A stretch of 64,000 nt of DNA from Nitrosopumilaceae archaeon (GCA_965200155.1 CBDATR010000010.1:32001-96000), one strand, 5' to 3'. Counted from the first letter of the stretch, positions 18,288 through 29,957 are shown. Notes: generated from the sequence alone by a model not told the origin. Numbers and translations: made by a program.

Positions 18288-19706
18288 TTATTCATCTATA
18301 CTTGACACTGCAACCGGCGACGCGGGATCAGTAATGTCCATTATCTGGGCACCATCATCATAAGTGGCGGCTACCAACGCGTAAGTACTGTTACCCATGT
18401 TGAATGCCACAATACCATTGGCTCCCCATAATTCCGTAAAGCCGTCAGCATCATCAGTCACCGCGGCTATGTGGACCGGATTTGTGGGATCAGTAATGTC
18501 CATTATCTGCACGCCGTCATCTAGAAATGCGGTCACTATGGCATATGTCCTGCCATCTATGTCGGTCACCGCAATGTCGCCAGCTCCCCATAATTCCGTA
18601 AAGCCGTCAGCATCATCAGTCACCGCGGCTATGGGGACCGGATTTGTGGGATCAGTAATGTCCATTATCTGCACGCCGTTATCACTAAATGCTGCTACCA
18701 GTGCATATGTCCCGCCTGCTATCTCTGCTATTGTGATGTGATGAGCGCCATCCAGTTCCATAAAGCCGTCAGTGTCGTCGGTAACCCTGTTTGCTGGTAT
18801 GGGATATCTAGGATCCGTAATGTCAATTACTTGTATACTGTTGGAGTATTCCCCCGCTACCAGTGCATATGTCCTGCCATAAATCTCAGTCACCTCAATA
18901 TCACTAGCTCCCAATAATGCTGTAAAACCATTAACACCATTTGTAGCTGTGGCCATCCATACCGGATTTGTCGGGTTCGTGATATCCATTATCGGCATGT
19001 TATTACTATAAAACCCGGCTACAAGAGCGTACGTCCTGCCCCTCATCTCAGTCACCTCAATATCTCTTGTCCCATTCAGCTTCGTAAACCTGCCAACATC
19101 ATCTTTCACTGTAGCTGTAGGTACCGGGTTCGTCGGGTTCGTGATATCCATTATCTGCACGCCATTATCGTAAAACCCGGCTACAAGAGCGTACGTCCTG
19201 CCATATATCTCGGCTATCTCAATATCTCCAGCTCCCCACAATGATGCAAAGCCATCCACATCATCTTTCACTGTAGCTGTCGGTACCAGGTTAGTCGGGT
19301 CAGTGATATCCATTATCTGCACTCCGCTCCCATATTCTGTTGTTATCAAGGCATACGTCCTATTCGCTATCTCGAATACCGCCACATCACTAGCCCCCCA
19401 CAATGGTGTAAAACCACCCTCCACTGTACCTGTCGGGGCCGGGTATGCAGGATCCGTAATATCCATTATCTGCACTCCGCTATCCCCTGTTACCTCCGCA
19501 TATGCCCTTTTGTCTATATCGCTCACTTCAATACCGGACAAGTCACTCCACTCTCCCTGAACGCCGCCAATCACAAATCCCAGTGCCACTATAGACATCA
19601 CAACCTTGACTGTTATACTATCTGAGCCCACACTACAGTACTCATATTGATCTGTGATAAGTGTGGTGATACTCTTTTCAGTTGGGCGCTTATGACATTG
19701 AGCCAA
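18288..19706 (-). CDS. LVIVD-type repeat surface protein (predicted beta-propeller); start uncertain
   Basis: Eight ~54-aa repeats of GRTYALVA..DNGVQIMDITDPTNP. Confidence 0.85.
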   Translation of the reverse strand: MAQCHKRPTEKSITTLITDQYEYCSVGSDSITVKVVMSIVALGFVIGGVQGEWSDLSGIEVSDIDKRAYAEVTGDSGVQIMDITDPAYPAPTGTVEGGFTPLWGASDVAVFEIANRTYALITTEYGSGVQIMDITDPTNLVPTATVKDDVDGFASLWGAGDIEIAEIYGRTYALVAGFYDNGVQIMDITNPTNPVPTATVKDDVGRFTKLNGTRDIEVTEMRGRTYALVAGFYSNNMPIMDITNPTNPVWMATATNGVNGFTALLGASDIEVTEIYGRTYALVAGEYSNSIQVIDITDPRYPIPANRVTDDTDGFMELDGAHHITIAEIAGGTYALVAAFSDNGVQIMDITDPTNPVPIAAVTDDADGFTELWGAGDIAVTDIDGRTYAIVTAFLDDGVQIMDITDPTNPVHIAAVTDDADGFTELWGANGIVAFNMGNSTYALVAATYDDGAQIMDITDPASPVAVSSIDE

Positions 19707-19751
19707 AACTGGCCAGATGAATCCGGGACAAGATCACTTGGGTCTAAATGT

Positions 19752-20678
19752 CTACACAAGCAGGGCGCTCAAAATATACGTCACGTATCCGGCCACCAGG
19801 GCCAAGCCCACGGGCCATCTTAGCTTTCCTGATCTGAATGCCGCAAACAGGACTAGGCTGAAGAGTATCATTATGGTATAATCTGTGAACGTCGCGGGTA
19901 CTACATGGATGCTGGCTATGGACGCGGAGACGCCTCCAATCAGGAGTATGTTGTATATGTTACTGCCTATGATATTCCCCACGCCAATGTCTGTGTGCCC
20001 CCGGCGTATGGCAATTATTGATGTTATGAGTTCCGGAAGGGACGTTCCTACCGCGATTACCGTTATCCCTATTATCCTCTGTGGTATGCCAACGGTCTCT
20101 GCAACCGCGACGGCGTTATCAACAGTAAGTATGGCTCCCGCATATAGTAATGCCACCCCGATGCCCATCAAGAGAAAGGAGCGCCCATATGAGGTCGTAT
20201 CTGCCGGGAGCGCCTCATCACTCTTGTGGGACTTTGACTGCCAGAATGTATAGACACTGAACACCCCGAGCATGGACAGAAGGATGACTCCGTCTATCTG
20301 GGATATTTGCCCGTCGGCAGATAATCCCACCAATAACGCGGAAAAGCCTACCATTATGGGCACCTCCAGCCGCAGGGTACGCCTGCCCACCACTAATGTA
20401 GTAAGGATGGTGGCTATGCCTATTACCATTCCAACGTTGGCTATATTGCTGCCCACTATGTTTCCCAGTATGATATCTCCATACTTTCCCGCGGCGGCCA
20501 CGCTGGCGGCCAGTTCCGGCGTCGACGTGCCATAGGCGACCACGGTCATGCCCACTACCATACTGGACATGCCAATACGACGGGCCACCGAGACGCCTCC
20601 CGAGACAAGCCAATTGCCGCCATAGCAAAGCATTATGATTCCTGCCGCGGTCAGGGCTAAGTTGATTAGAATATCCAT
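19752..20678 (-). CDS. Calcium/sodium antiporter (CaCA, YrbG-like)
   Basis: GTSTPEL..GNIVGSNIAN and GTSLPEL..GNIIGSNIYN repeats. Confidence 0.95.
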   Translation of the reverse strand: MDILINLALTAAGIIMLCYGGNWLVSGGVSVARRIGMSSMVVGMTVVAYGTSTPELAASVAAAGKYGDIILGNIVGSNIANVGMVIGIATILTTLVVGRRTLRLEVPIMVGFSALLVGLSADGQISQIDGVILLSMLGVFSVYTFWQSKSHKSDEALPADTTSYGRSFLLMGIGVALLYAGAILTVDNAVAVAETVGIPQRIIGITVIAVGTSLPELITSIIAIRRGHTDIGVGNIIGSNIYNILLIGGVSASIASIHVVPATFTDYTIMILFSLVLFAAFRSGKLRWPVGLALVAGYVTYILSALLV

Positions 20679-21260
20679 ATGATGGTTCTGCTATTACTGT
20701 CTTGTTTAAATCCGCCGTAGATGTGGCGTGCGACAAACTACCCTCTCATTCTTGCACCGCTATATCCTACTGCAAGCAGTCATGTGCCTTGTGATGTTTA
20801 TCCTGCCGCATGTGCCAAGTTCGTGATTGACACTCCTGTTTCCTCATTCAAAATCATTCTCATGAGTGTTGGATGGCACTCCTGAACCTCCGGTGGACGC
20901 GTGTAATGAGACATGGCCCCAAGGATTGAGCAAAAATCTATTCTGTGAATTACTCTTTGGATCCCGCGTCTATTAGCAGGTCCAGTATGTCCAACTCCAC
21001 CCTCAGGGATTCGTCTCCTATGGCTTACATTTCGGTAACAAAGTGTTCTGTGAATAGTGATATTGCCCCAAGGTCATCTCTTGACACACTAAGCGGTATG
21101 GACTCCCTCTCCCACTGGTCCGCTAGATTGCATTCCCGCTCGTATCCATTAATGCCAGTCTTGTAGAATGCCTCTATGGGCGACAGTGTGTTGTTCCCCT
21201 CACTGTATGCCCATGTCTGCATTATCTGGACGTACCTGCTCAGCAGTATGCCCTTTCTGG

Positions 21261-21432
21261 TACTATCATTATCATAGTATGGCCCCGAATGCTATGGTCT
21301 TTGGCATAGGTGACCAGTACCGTGCTTTCAGATACTGTCATTATCATAGTATGGCCCCGAATGCTATGGTCTTTGGCATAGGTGACCAGTACCGTGCTTT
21401 CAGATACTGTCATTATCATAGTATGGCTCCGA
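21261..21432. repeat. 72-bp tandem repeat (28-bp unit x3, 44-bp spacer x2)
   Basis: TACT(A/G)TCATTATCATAGTATGGC(C/T)CCGA at 21261, 21333 and 21405. Confidence 0.95.
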
Positions 21433-21772
21433 GGCGTCCGGCGTTATGGTGACCGAACTGCTACCCGGGTTTCCATCCCTGTCCTCATGTGGTGTGTAGC
21501 GTGATCTGTCCACCGCCCGTATCCTGAAGATTTAGCAGTATGATGCCGCCCCGGGCCTCGCCGTCCTGAGTGGGGGACGGAAAGAGTGTAGTAACCCTCA
21601 TTACCTCACCGGTGGATTTATCCGCATCCGGGGAGCCATAAACTGCATCTATGTCGTATCCGGGGGCGTCCACAACAAGTTCCAGATCAAAGACCAGCGG
21701 GCTTACCATATAGTCGAACTCATTTACCATTCTCTCCCTGAACTCTGCGGCCGAGTGTACCGCGTAATAGTT

Positions 21773-21864
21773 GTATGAGTTCACCTGTGTCTAAATTTAC
21801 GCATAACTGATCGCGACAGTTAATGTGATTTGTGCATAAGATTCCAGAAGACGTGAACTCATAC
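21773..21864 (-). mobile_element. MITE-A copy disrupting vWA gene
   Basis: 92 bp, TSD TAATAGTT. Removing it restores GGNYYAVHS. Confidence 0.97.
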
Positions 21865-23591
21865 TAATAGTTACCACCACGAATGTTTCCTATTCCCTCT
21901 ATGAGTGCGGTGTTAAAGTCCACGCCTATCCCGATAAAGCTGGTGTAGTTACCCGCGTCGGCAGCACCCTGCAGTATGTTCTCTAGCGCCTGGTCATCGG
22001 TGATGCCGATGTTGAGCATGGCGTCAGTGAGCAGTATTATGCGATTCTCATAATTAGGGGATGATTCCACATCGCCCAGCATGGATAGCCCTGTCAGTAA
22101 TCCGGTCCCTATGTTGGTGCCACCTCCTGCAAATATGCCCAGGATGGTCTCCTTCAACATTGCCGTATCTTCCGGAACGCTACCCAGCGGTCTTAGCACA
22201 TTTGCCACTTCGTGGAATGTGACTATTCCGAGACTGTCTCCCTCTTGGAGCCTGTCCAGCAGTCCCACTATGGACTCGTTGGCCAGCCTCATCTTGGTTT
22301 TTGAATCATCATCGGTGGGGGTGTAACCGGGAGAATCATAAGAGTACGTATTGAATGGATTGTCCATGGAGCCGGAGACATCCAGTACTATAACCAGATT
22401 GAGGTTCTTGCGCGCAAAGTCTTCTTGTTCTATTCCGGATCTGAGACTCACGCTTAGATAGTGCTGGGCCTCTCCGGAGAAGGGATCAGGCGATAGTGCA
22501 TGACTGTATGATGTGCAGAATAACCCATCACATATGTCATTCCCGCCGATATCATAGTCATAGAATAGTCCCTCATATGCTATGTCTGTGGGTTGCGGTA
22601 GATAGTCGTTATACACGTTCTCCCAGAAATTGTTGATATCCTGCGCCCCGCCGGCCGCCAGTCCCAGCGATCTTGGTGCAAGAATATTTGGTATAGCTAT
22701 GTCGCTAAAAGAATCTTGTATTAAACATTCTTCCGGCATTCCACATGTAACGGGAGCGGAGTAATGGTTGGGCAAGTGCCGGGATATAACTCCGCTACTC
22801 ATTGCGTATATGTAATCTGTGTTGCCCATCCAGACTTGCCTCGGTACCAAGAGACTCTATGGTATCCCGGTATGAGGCACCGGATAAATAAGGAGGGGTA
22901 ATCAGTCCGTACTCCGTTATGGTACCATTTACCGTGACATACATAATTTGGCCTGTGGCATCCAAGGTAACGCCAGTTACGTCGTCCTCAGTATCAAGGT
23001 TACCGTAAAGTTCACCCCGCCTGTGTCATACTGGTATATGCGTCCCGTGTCGCCGCCTGCAACATATAACGACTCCTGGTGCAACCAGATATCCTCTACC
23101 GGGTGGTTCATCTCAACAGGTAGTGACCCATCATACTGCATGGCGTATATCTCCCCTGGTATGGGCATATGGTACTGGTGTATCATGTCATTTCCTGCCA
23201 CATATAACCGGGCACCCCTCGTGATTCGTGTATATGCCGCCGGTGTCCCGGTTCTCCGGAATATTGTACGTGCCGTGGTACGTAGAATCCGAGAGACGCC
23301 ATGGTATATTCAAGACATACTGGTGTATGGCGCCATTGTCGGCTAAATATAACCTGGTACCGTCATGACTCAGCGCGATTCCGTCAGCGCCATGGTATGG
23401 AGTAGATAACCACTCCCCCGTCGCCCAATGCCGGGATGGCTCCTATACCGGCGGTCACCGCCACTACTGCTATAATGATCCGCCTCATGAGAATGGTGTT
23501 TCTGATATTTATCATTCATGTGTTATTCTGCCGGAGCCGCCATCATTTACAATCTACAAAGTATTTAATCAGTACATTCTTTCCAGATCCC

Positions 23592-24785
23592 GTGAAGGTC
23601 TTGACCTTGGACGATTTTGATCTAACGTCCAAGACCATATACTTACGGGTGGACATGAACTGCCCCATTGATCCCGTAACCGGGGAGATAACCGGCACAA
23701 AGCGCATAGAGGAAATTGTCGAGACCCTTTCTGATATGGGAGACTCCAAGGTCGTACTCGCGTCACACCAAGGGAGGGTAGGCAATAGCGATTACACCGG
23801 CATGGAAAAGCATGCCCCGGTTCTGGAAAAAGTACTGGGTCGACCTGTAAAATACGTTCAGGATGTAATGGGGATAGCCGCCCAGCAGGCTATACAGTCC
23901 ATGAAGGATGGCGACATACTACTCCTGGACAACCTGAGATTGTGCGCCGAGGAGAATTACGAATTCGCCCCGCCGGATGCGGCCAAGACAGTAATGGTGA
24001 AGAGGCTGGCACACCTCTTTGATATATGCGTCCTGGACTCTTTTCCCAGCGCCCATCGTTCCCATCCTTCCATAGTGGGATTTCCACAGGTCATGCCTGC
24101 ATGCGTCGGTCGGCTGGCCGAGAGGGAAGTGTACAATCTGGACCAGATAATTACCGTTGCAAAGTCGCCCCACGTAATAGTACTGGGCGGTGCCAAGGTC
24201 CCGGACCGACTGGAAGCAATAAAGATGCTCATAGATAACGGGCGCGCGGATCATATCTTACTCACCGGAATAATAGGAAACGTCTTCATGAGGGCCCAGG
24301 GGCGTATAAAGTACCCCCTGGGAATAAAGCATGAGCGCGAGGTGGTGCAGGCCGCCCACGGACTGATAGGCCAGTACCCTGATGTCTTCTCGACACCGGT
24401 GGATGTGGCAACCTCTTCTCATGGTGAGAGATTGGATTTGGACGTGCGAAAGCTGGTGGAGGGAGACAACATATGTGATATCGGGCCCAAGACCGTCGAA
24501 TACTACTCCAAGATAATATCCAGCGCGGGCACGGCATTTATCAGTGGACCGGCAGGAAACTTTGAAAAGCCCAGCTTTAATGTGGGCACCAAAATGTTAC
24601 TGACCGCCGTAGCCAATTCCATGGCTACTACAATAGTGTCCGGCGGACACCTGACCTCTGCATTAAAACAGTACGGTCTTGACAAGCACATAAACCACAT
24701 CAGTACCGCCGGCGGGGCTCTTGTACGATACTTGTCCGGTGCCCGTCTCCCAATGATTCAGGTACTTGAGGCATCAGGATCCTAG
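23592..24785 (+). CDS. pgk: Phosphoglycerate kinase
   Basis: LRVDMNCP, SHQGR, SAHRSH, LGGAK, DIGP, SGGH and STAGGA motifs. Confidence 0.96.
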   Translation: MKVLTLDDFDLTSKTIYLRVDMNCPIDPVTGEITGTKRIEEIVETLSDMGDSKVVLASHQGRVGNSDYTGMEKHAPVLEKVLGRPVKYVQDVMGIAAQQAIQSMKDGDILLLDNLRLCAEENYEFAPPDAAKTVMVKRLAHLFDICVLDSFPSAHRSHPSIVGFPQVMPACVGRLAEREVYNLDQIITVAKSPHVIVLGGAKVPDRLEAIKMLIDNGRADHILLTGIIGNVFMRAQGRIKYPLGIKHEREVVQAAHGLIGQYPDVFSTPVDVATSSHGERLDLDVRKLVEGDNICDIGPKTVEYYSKIISSAGTAFISGPAGNFEKPSFNVGTKMLLTAVANSMATTIVSGGHLTSALKQYGLDKHINHISTAGGALVRYLSGARLPMIQVLEASGS

Positions 24786-25093
24786 AGCGGACCCTCGCAT
24801 ACAGGACACTGTCGACTCTCGTGTTTCCCCACATGCGTGATGCCGCACTTTGCGCATGATAACTCCTCCATGACATCGAATAGTTTCATCCATATGGTGG
24901 TGAAATTCTGCGCTATATTCCTGCACAGTCCAGACTCGCAGATTTTCATTATTACATCCTCAATGTCGTGAATATCCAGCGGCGTATCCCGGTTACTATT
25001 CAATGCCTCCAGTACCTGATCATTATTGAATGGCACGTCCGGGTTGTTATGCTTCTCATAAATTACCCGGCGTATCGCCGTCTCGTGCCCCAT
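24782..25093 (-). CDS. Hypothetical protein with C-terminal zinc ribbon
   Basis: CAKC..CPVC; last gene of suf cluster. Confidence 0.8.
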   Translation of the reverse strand: MGHETAIRRVIYEKHNNPDVPFNNDQVLEALNSNRDTPLDIHDIEDVIMKICESGLCRNIAQNFTTIWMKLFDVMEELSCAKCGITHVGKHESRQCPVCEGPL

Positions 25094-25528
25094 TTAATAC
25101 AGCTCCGATGCCTCCTCCTTTAGTGAGGCAGCATCTTCTTCCAGGTTCTCTGTCAAATACTTGTACAAGGCAAATTTGAGTGTCTTGAGGGGAAGCAGGG
25201 CACACTTTATGCGGACCGCCTGCAGGTTCTCTAGTCCCAGCTCTCCCAGTATGTCGTGCTTGGATATATTCCGGGCATCATCAAGACTCTTGCCCTTTGT
25301 AATCTCCGTCAGTACGGACGCGCATGCCATGCATATGGCGCATCCGTGGCCGTTGAATTTTATGTCATGGACGGCCGAGTCCTGCATCTTCATGTCAATG
25401 TCTATGCTGTCCCCGCACAAGGGGTTGGCGTCATGGTGTGTCACGTCCGCGTCCGGAATGGTCCCAAAGTTAACCGGATTCCTAGAATAGTCTATGATCA
25501 TCTCGTGGTAAATGTCCCGGCTATTCAA
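25094..25528 (-). CDS. sufU: Fe-S scaffold, IscU/SufU type
   Basis: NPLCGD, GCAIC and RIKCALL motifs. Confidence 0.9.
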   Translation of the reverse strand: MNSRDIYHEMIIDYSRNPVNFGTIPDADVTHHDANPLCGDSIDIDMKMQDSAVHDIKFNGHGCAICMACASVLTEITKGKSLDDARNISKHDILGELGLENLQAVRIKCALLPLKTLKFALYKYLTENLEEDAASLKEEASELY

Positions 25529-26759
25529 GCTTGAACACCTTCGCCACCTTCTGCAGGGCGCCTATAAGGGCATCCACGTCACTGGTATCATTGTACAGGT
25601 AAAAACTGGCCCTGGACGTAGCGGCCACATTCAGCCTCTCCATTAGAACCTGGGCGCAGTGGTGCCCGGATCGGAGGGCAATACCCTCCTCGTCCATTAT
25701 CTGTGCCACATCATGTGGGTGTACATCGGCAAAATTAAAGGATATTACCCCGCCCCGCCGGTCCATGTCCTTTGTCCCGTATATGGTCAGTCCGGCAATA
25801 CCCTCCATTTTTTCCAGCGCGTATTTGGTAATCTCAACCTCATGCTTCCTTACCTTGTCCATGCCTACTTCATTTAAGTAGTCTATAGCAGCTCCCAGGC
25901 CTATAACATCCGCGATATTGGGCGTGCCTGCCTCAAACTTGTAGGGCAAATCATTCCAAGTGGACTCGTATCGGTGTACCTCCCGAATCATGTCACCGCC
26001 GCCATGGAACGGTTCCATCCTTTCCAGGACTTCCCGACGAACCCACAGCGCCCCTACTCCTGTAGGCCCCATCATCTTGTGGCCGCTGAATGCGAAAAAG
26101 TCGCAACCCAATTCCTGTATGTCCACTGTCATGTGCGGCACCGCCTGCGCCCCGTCCACCAGTGTGGGAATGCCCAACTTCTTGCACCTCTCTATTATGG
26201 ACTGGGCGTCCGTTATGGTTCCCAACACATTGGACATTAGGCTAAAGGTTACAAGTTTCACCCTGCCAGATTCTAGTATGCGGTCCAGATCCTCTAGTAT
26301 GAGGTGACCCTCGTCATCCATGGGTATGTACTTTAGCGCTGCTCCCCTCTCCTGCGCCAGGAGCTGCCAGGGCACTATATTGGAGTGGTGCTCATAGTCT
26401 GTAGTGACTATTACATCGCCGGACTTGATATTGCCGCGGCCCCATGAATGGGCCACCAGGTTTATTGCCTCGGTAGTCCCCCTGACAAATATTATCTCGC
26501 GACGGTTCGGTATGTTCAGGAACTTGGCTATCTTGTCCCGAACCCCCTCGTAGTATTCTGTGGCCTCCTGAGCCAGGGCATATACGGCACGGTGTATGTT
26601 GGCGTTATGGTTTTGATAGTAACTTACTATTGAGTCTATGACCTGTTGTGGCTTTTGCGTGGTGGATGCGTTATCCAGGTATACTAGTGGTTTGCCATTC
26701 ACTTTTTTCTCTAGTATGGGAAAATCATCCCGCCTATGTCGCATTATATCCTCACCCAC
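25521..26759 (-). CDS. sufS: Cysteine desulfurase
   Basis: YLDNASTTQKP, EHHSN, SGHKM and RSGHHCA motifs. Confidence 0.96.
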   Translation of the reverse strand: MGEDIMRHRRDDFPILEKKVNGKPLVYLDNASTTQKPQQVIDSIVSYYQNHNANIHRAVYALAQEATEYYEGVRDKIAKFLNIPNRREIIFVRGTTEAINLVAHSWGRGNIKSGDVIVTTDYEHHSNIVPWQLLAQERGAALKYIPMDDEGHLILEDLDRILESGRVKLVTFSLMSNVLGTITDAQSIIERCKKLGIPTLVDGAQAVPHMTVDIQELGCDFFAFSGHKMMGPTGVGALWVRREVLERMEPFHGGGDMIREVHRYESTWNDLPYKFEAGTPNIADVIGLGAAIDYLNEVGMDKVRKHEVEITKYALEKMEGIAGLTIYGTKDMDRRGGVISFNFADVHPHDVAQIMDEEGIALRSGHHCAQVLMERLNVAATSRASFYLYNDTSDVDALIGALQKVAKVFKLE

Positions 26760-27052
26760 ACCCTGCCGTCCTGTATCTTGACCTTATACGTGGTTAGTGG
26801 TTCCTGGGCCGGGGGGTTCTGTGGACTGCCCGTATTCATGTCAAATACGGACAGGTGCAGTGGACAGCGTACGCCCTCAGATGACACAAAGCCCATACTT
26901 AGATCCGCATCCTCATGCGTGCATGTACGGTCTGTGGCATATATGGAATCGCCCGTCCTTAGTAGCATTATCTTTTTGTCCCGTATGTCGTATGGCGCCG
27001 GTGAATCTACCATGACAACGGACTCTTGACATAAACTGACCCACTCGGTCAT
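26744..27052 (-). CDS. Rieske 2Fe-2S ferredoxin
   Basis: CTHE...CPLH. Confidence 0.93.
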   Translation of the reverse strand: MTEWVSLCQESVVMVDSPAPYDIRDKKIMLLRTGDSIYATDRTCTHEDADLSMGFVSSEGVRCPLHLSVFDMNTGSPQNPPAQEPLTTYKVKIQDGRVWVRI

Positions 27053-27053
27053 A

Positions 27054-28442
27054 TTATCTCCTGTACTTGTAGTGCTGCTCTATCTCGGCGTTCTCGTTAT
27101 ACCTGGTCTCTTCTACCTCTACAAACTTTTTGAGCTCCTCGTCAGTATTTATGGTCAGGGGCTTGCCATCCCACTTGGACTCCACCAAGTATGCTATCCA
27201 GGCGCGTATCTGAGTTGACATGCGACGTGAGAGGGGCTCCAGGAATCCCTCCACTATGGTCCGCTCCGCGGCGGCCCTGCTCATGCATCTTGCCATCAAA
27301 TAGAATAGTTGCTCCTCGTCCATTTGCGCGACTGATGCCGAGTGGGTTGCCTTTACGTCGTTGGTAAGTATTTCTAGGCCGGGTATGGCATCGGATTTTG
27401 CATTCCTGCTCAGTAATATGGAGCGGCCAGACAGGTAGGAGTTGGACTTGGCGGCATTCTCATTGATGCGTATCATTCCCTTGAAGAGCGATCGGGACTT
27501 GTCCCGCAGTATGGACTTTTCTGTTATGCGCCCCTGAGTGAAGCCGCTGTTGTGAACTATATCTGACTGTATGTCAAAGGATTGGGATCCGCTACCAAAG
27601 GCTACCTCAGAGTCGTTGGCCGTTGCTCCATTGCCATTCAGGTGATATGCTATTCTATATCTGGAGAGCTGGGCTCCGAACAGGCCCAGATACCAGTTCA
27701 CCTGCGAGTCCGCGGCCATCTCGGTGCGGCGCGTGGAAAAGTTATACGAGTCCTCGCCCATCATCTGTAAGGTAGTCACATCCAGTCTGGAATTCCTCCC
27801 CACTATGGTGTTGAGCATCTCCAAATATGCCTGGGAGGCGCCAGGCGAGTATATCTCCTGCACTATGGTGGCGCGCGCCTCGTCTTCCACCCGTATTACA
27901 TTGCGGGATACTGCCGATGCCCGGCCCGGCTCTATTGTTGAGAGAATGTGAATGGGCTCCTCGATATGGGTATCCCTGGGTATGTGCACAAATATGCCCG
28001 TACTAAAGGCTGCATTATTTAGTGCAGTAAAACGATCCTCTTCTGATGAGGACGCTTCCAGTGCCTGCCGTACCGGCTCGGGACTCTCCAGCAGAGCATC
28101 ATGTATAGACATGACTCTTGCGCCCTCCCCCTGTGCCTTGGCCGAGAGGTTGATCTTGCAGATGTTACTGCCTGCCTGTACGATATATGACTGATTCTCC
28201 AGCTCCGCCATCCTGTTGGCAAGGTGCTTGGGTATTGCCGTGTCCTCTGTGTCAAGTAGAATGTTTTCCGGGTTCATTCGGGCCGCATCCGTATACTTGC
28301 CATACAGGGGGGATGTCTCCAGGGGCAGTCGCTCATAAGCAGAGAGGGATTCCTTCCTGTACTCACGAAGCCAGTCTGGTTCCTGGGCTTTTTCGGAGAT
28401 TCCGCGTATGTATGATGTATCCAGTGTCGAAAGAAGGGTCAT
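27054..28442 (-). CDS. sufD: Fe-S assembly protein SufD
   Basis: PGLEI..DVKATHSASV..EQLFYLMAR. Confidence 0.93.
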   Translation of the reverse strand: MTLLSTLDTSYIRGISEKAQEPDWLREYRKESLSAYERLPLETSPLYGKYTDAARMNPENILLDTEDTAIPKHLANRMAELENQSYIVQAGSNICKINLSAKAQGEGARVMSIHDALLESPEPVRQALEASSSEEDRFTALNNAAFSTGIFVHIPRDTHIEEPIHILSTIEPGRASAVSRNVIRVEDEARATIVQEIYSPGASQAYLEMLNTIVGRNSRLDVTTLQMMGEDSYNFSTRRTEMAADSQVNWYLGLFGAQLSRYRIAYHLNGNGATANDSEVAFGSGSQSFDIQSDIVHNSGFTQGRITEKSILRDKSRSLFKGMIRINENAAKSNSYLSGRSILLSRNAKSDAIPGLEILTNDVKATHSASVAQMDEEQLFYLMARCMSRAAAERTIVEGFLEPLSRRMSTQIRAWIAYLVESKWDGKPLTINTDEELKKFVEVEETRYNENAEIEQHYKYRR

Positions 28443-28448
28443 TTGGCC

Positions 28449-29849
28449 CTAGCCTACCGAGTCGTCCATCTCGAGTCTTATGAGCCGGTTGAGCTCTACC
28501 GCATATTCCATGGGGAGTTCCTTGGTGAATGGTTCCATGAAGCCATTAACTATAAGCGAGAGTGCATCCTCCTCGCTAAAGCCCCTGCTCATGAGATAGA
28601 ATATCTGCTCATCGCCTATCTTGCCTACGGTGGCCTCGTGAGTTATGGTGGCATCATCCTCGTTTATCTCCATGTATGGGTATGTGTCTGTCTTGGAGGT
28701 ATCATCCAGTAATAGTGCATCGCACCGAACAGTAGACTTGACTCCCGTGGCTCCCTTGGCAACATTCAGGAGACCGCGATAAGTGGAACGGCCATCCAGT
28801 CGGCTTACGGACTTTGAGGTTATCTTTGATGTAGTATTGGGTGCCAAATGTACCATCTTGGCGCCTGTGTCTTGGTGTTGGCCCTTTCCTGCAAAGGCAA
28901 TGGAGAGGGTCTCCCCATAGGCGCGCTGGCCTAGCATGTATACGCCGGGATACTTCATGGTCACCTTGCTACCAATGTTGCCGTCTATCCACTCTACAGT
29001 GGCACCGTCATACGCATATGCTCTCTTTGTAACAAGATTGTACACATCATTGCTCCAGTTCTGTATAGTGGTGTATCGCAGCTTGGCACCCTTGAGGGCT
29101 ACCAGCTCCACTACCGCTGAGTGAAGTGATTCTGAGGAGTATACCGGAGCCGTACAACCCTCTATGTAATGGACTTCTGCATCCTCGTCCACTATTATCA
29201 GCGTCCTCTCAAACTGGCCTATGTTTTCAGCATTTATCCTAAAGTATGCCTGCAGCGGCATGTCTACCTTGACTCCCGGGGGCACATAGATGAAGGAACC
29301 GCCACTCCATACTGCACTATTCAGGGCCGCAAACTTGTTGTCTTCCGGTGGAATTATCTTGCCAAAGTATTTTTTGAATATTTCTGGTTTCTCCTTCAGC
29401 GCCGTGTCGGTATCCAGGAATACCACGCCCTTCTTGGCCAAGTCCTCCCGTAAATTATGATAGACCACTTCAGACTCATACTGGGCCCCAACGCCCGCCA
29501 AGAACTTTTTCTCTGCCTCTGGTATTCCCAGCTTGTCAAAGGTATTCTTTACGTCCTCGGGAACCTCGTCCCAGCTCTTCTCTGTCTTTTCTGCAGCCTT
29601 GGCGTAATAGTATATGTTCTGAAAGTCTATGGTTGAGAGATCCGCACCCCAGTTGGGCATGGACTTTTTCATAAACGTCTCATAGGAACGCAACCTAAAG
29701 TCCTGCATCCATTGTGGCTCCCCCTTCATGCGACTAATATCCAGTACGGTATCCCGGGATAATCCCTTCTTGCTTAGGTGCACGTACATTTCAGTCGAGT
29801 CCTTAAAGTCGTACTTGGAATAATCCATATCCAGACTTTCTGTAGCCAT
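28449..29849 (-). CDS. sufB: Fe-S assembly protein SufB
   Basis: [26 protein letters not shown] and LPMEYAVE motifs. Confidence 0.97.
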   Translation of the reverse strand: MATESLDMDYSKYDFKDSTEMYVHLSKKGLSRDTVLDISRMKGEPQWMQDFRLRSYETFMKKSMPNWGADLSTIDFQNIYYYAKAAEKTEKSWDEVPEDVKNTFDKLGIPEAEKKFLAGVGAQYESEVVYHNLREDLAKKGVVFLDTDTALKEKPEIFKKYFGKIIPPEDNKFAALNSAVWSGGSFIYVPPGVKVDMPLQAYFRINAENIGQFERTLIIVDEDAEVHYIEGCTAPVYSSESLHSAVVELVALKGAKLRYTTIQNWSNDVYNLVTKRAYAYDGATVEWIDGNIGSKVTMKYPGVYMLGQRAYGETLSIAFAGKGQHQDTGAKMVHLAPNTTSKITSKSVSRLDGRSTYRGLLNVAKGATGVKSTVRCDALLLDDTSKTDTYPYMEINEDDATITHEATVGKIGDEQIFYLMSRGFSEEDALSLIVNGFMEPFTKELPMEYAVELNRLIRLEMDDSVG

Positions 29850-29957
29850 ACTATTGTGTACACACTTCCTCCATAAATACAATGGGAAAAATAGGCACAG
29901 CTAAAAGCGACTAGTATAGTACGCGCCTCATGATTAATCGACTAGTTTTACAGGCTA

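Larger units (their letters stand above)
20950..23488 (-). pseudogene. Secreted vWA-domain protein, fragmented
   Basis: Signal peptide at 23488, MIDAS LDVSGSM, ILLTDA, C-terminal QWERES. Broken by frameshifts, MITE-A and a 72-bp duplication. Confidence 0.8.

Noticed and set aside
18120-18305. Small ORFs sharing YEFTSSGILCTNHINCRDQLCVNLDTGELI (also 50726-50920, 52958-53416, 53316-53783)
   Set aside because: These are read-through of MITE-A. The 100-bp insertion shifts the frame, so it is not an in-frame peptide-inserting element.
20700-20940. Possible decayed HTH gene (VSITNLAHAAG on minus strand)
   Set aside because: The fragment is too short and interrupted to support.
21261-21432. CRISPR-like repeat-spacer-repeat array
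   Set aside because: The two spacers are identical, the repeat is part of the vWA coding frame, and no leader or cas gene is present.
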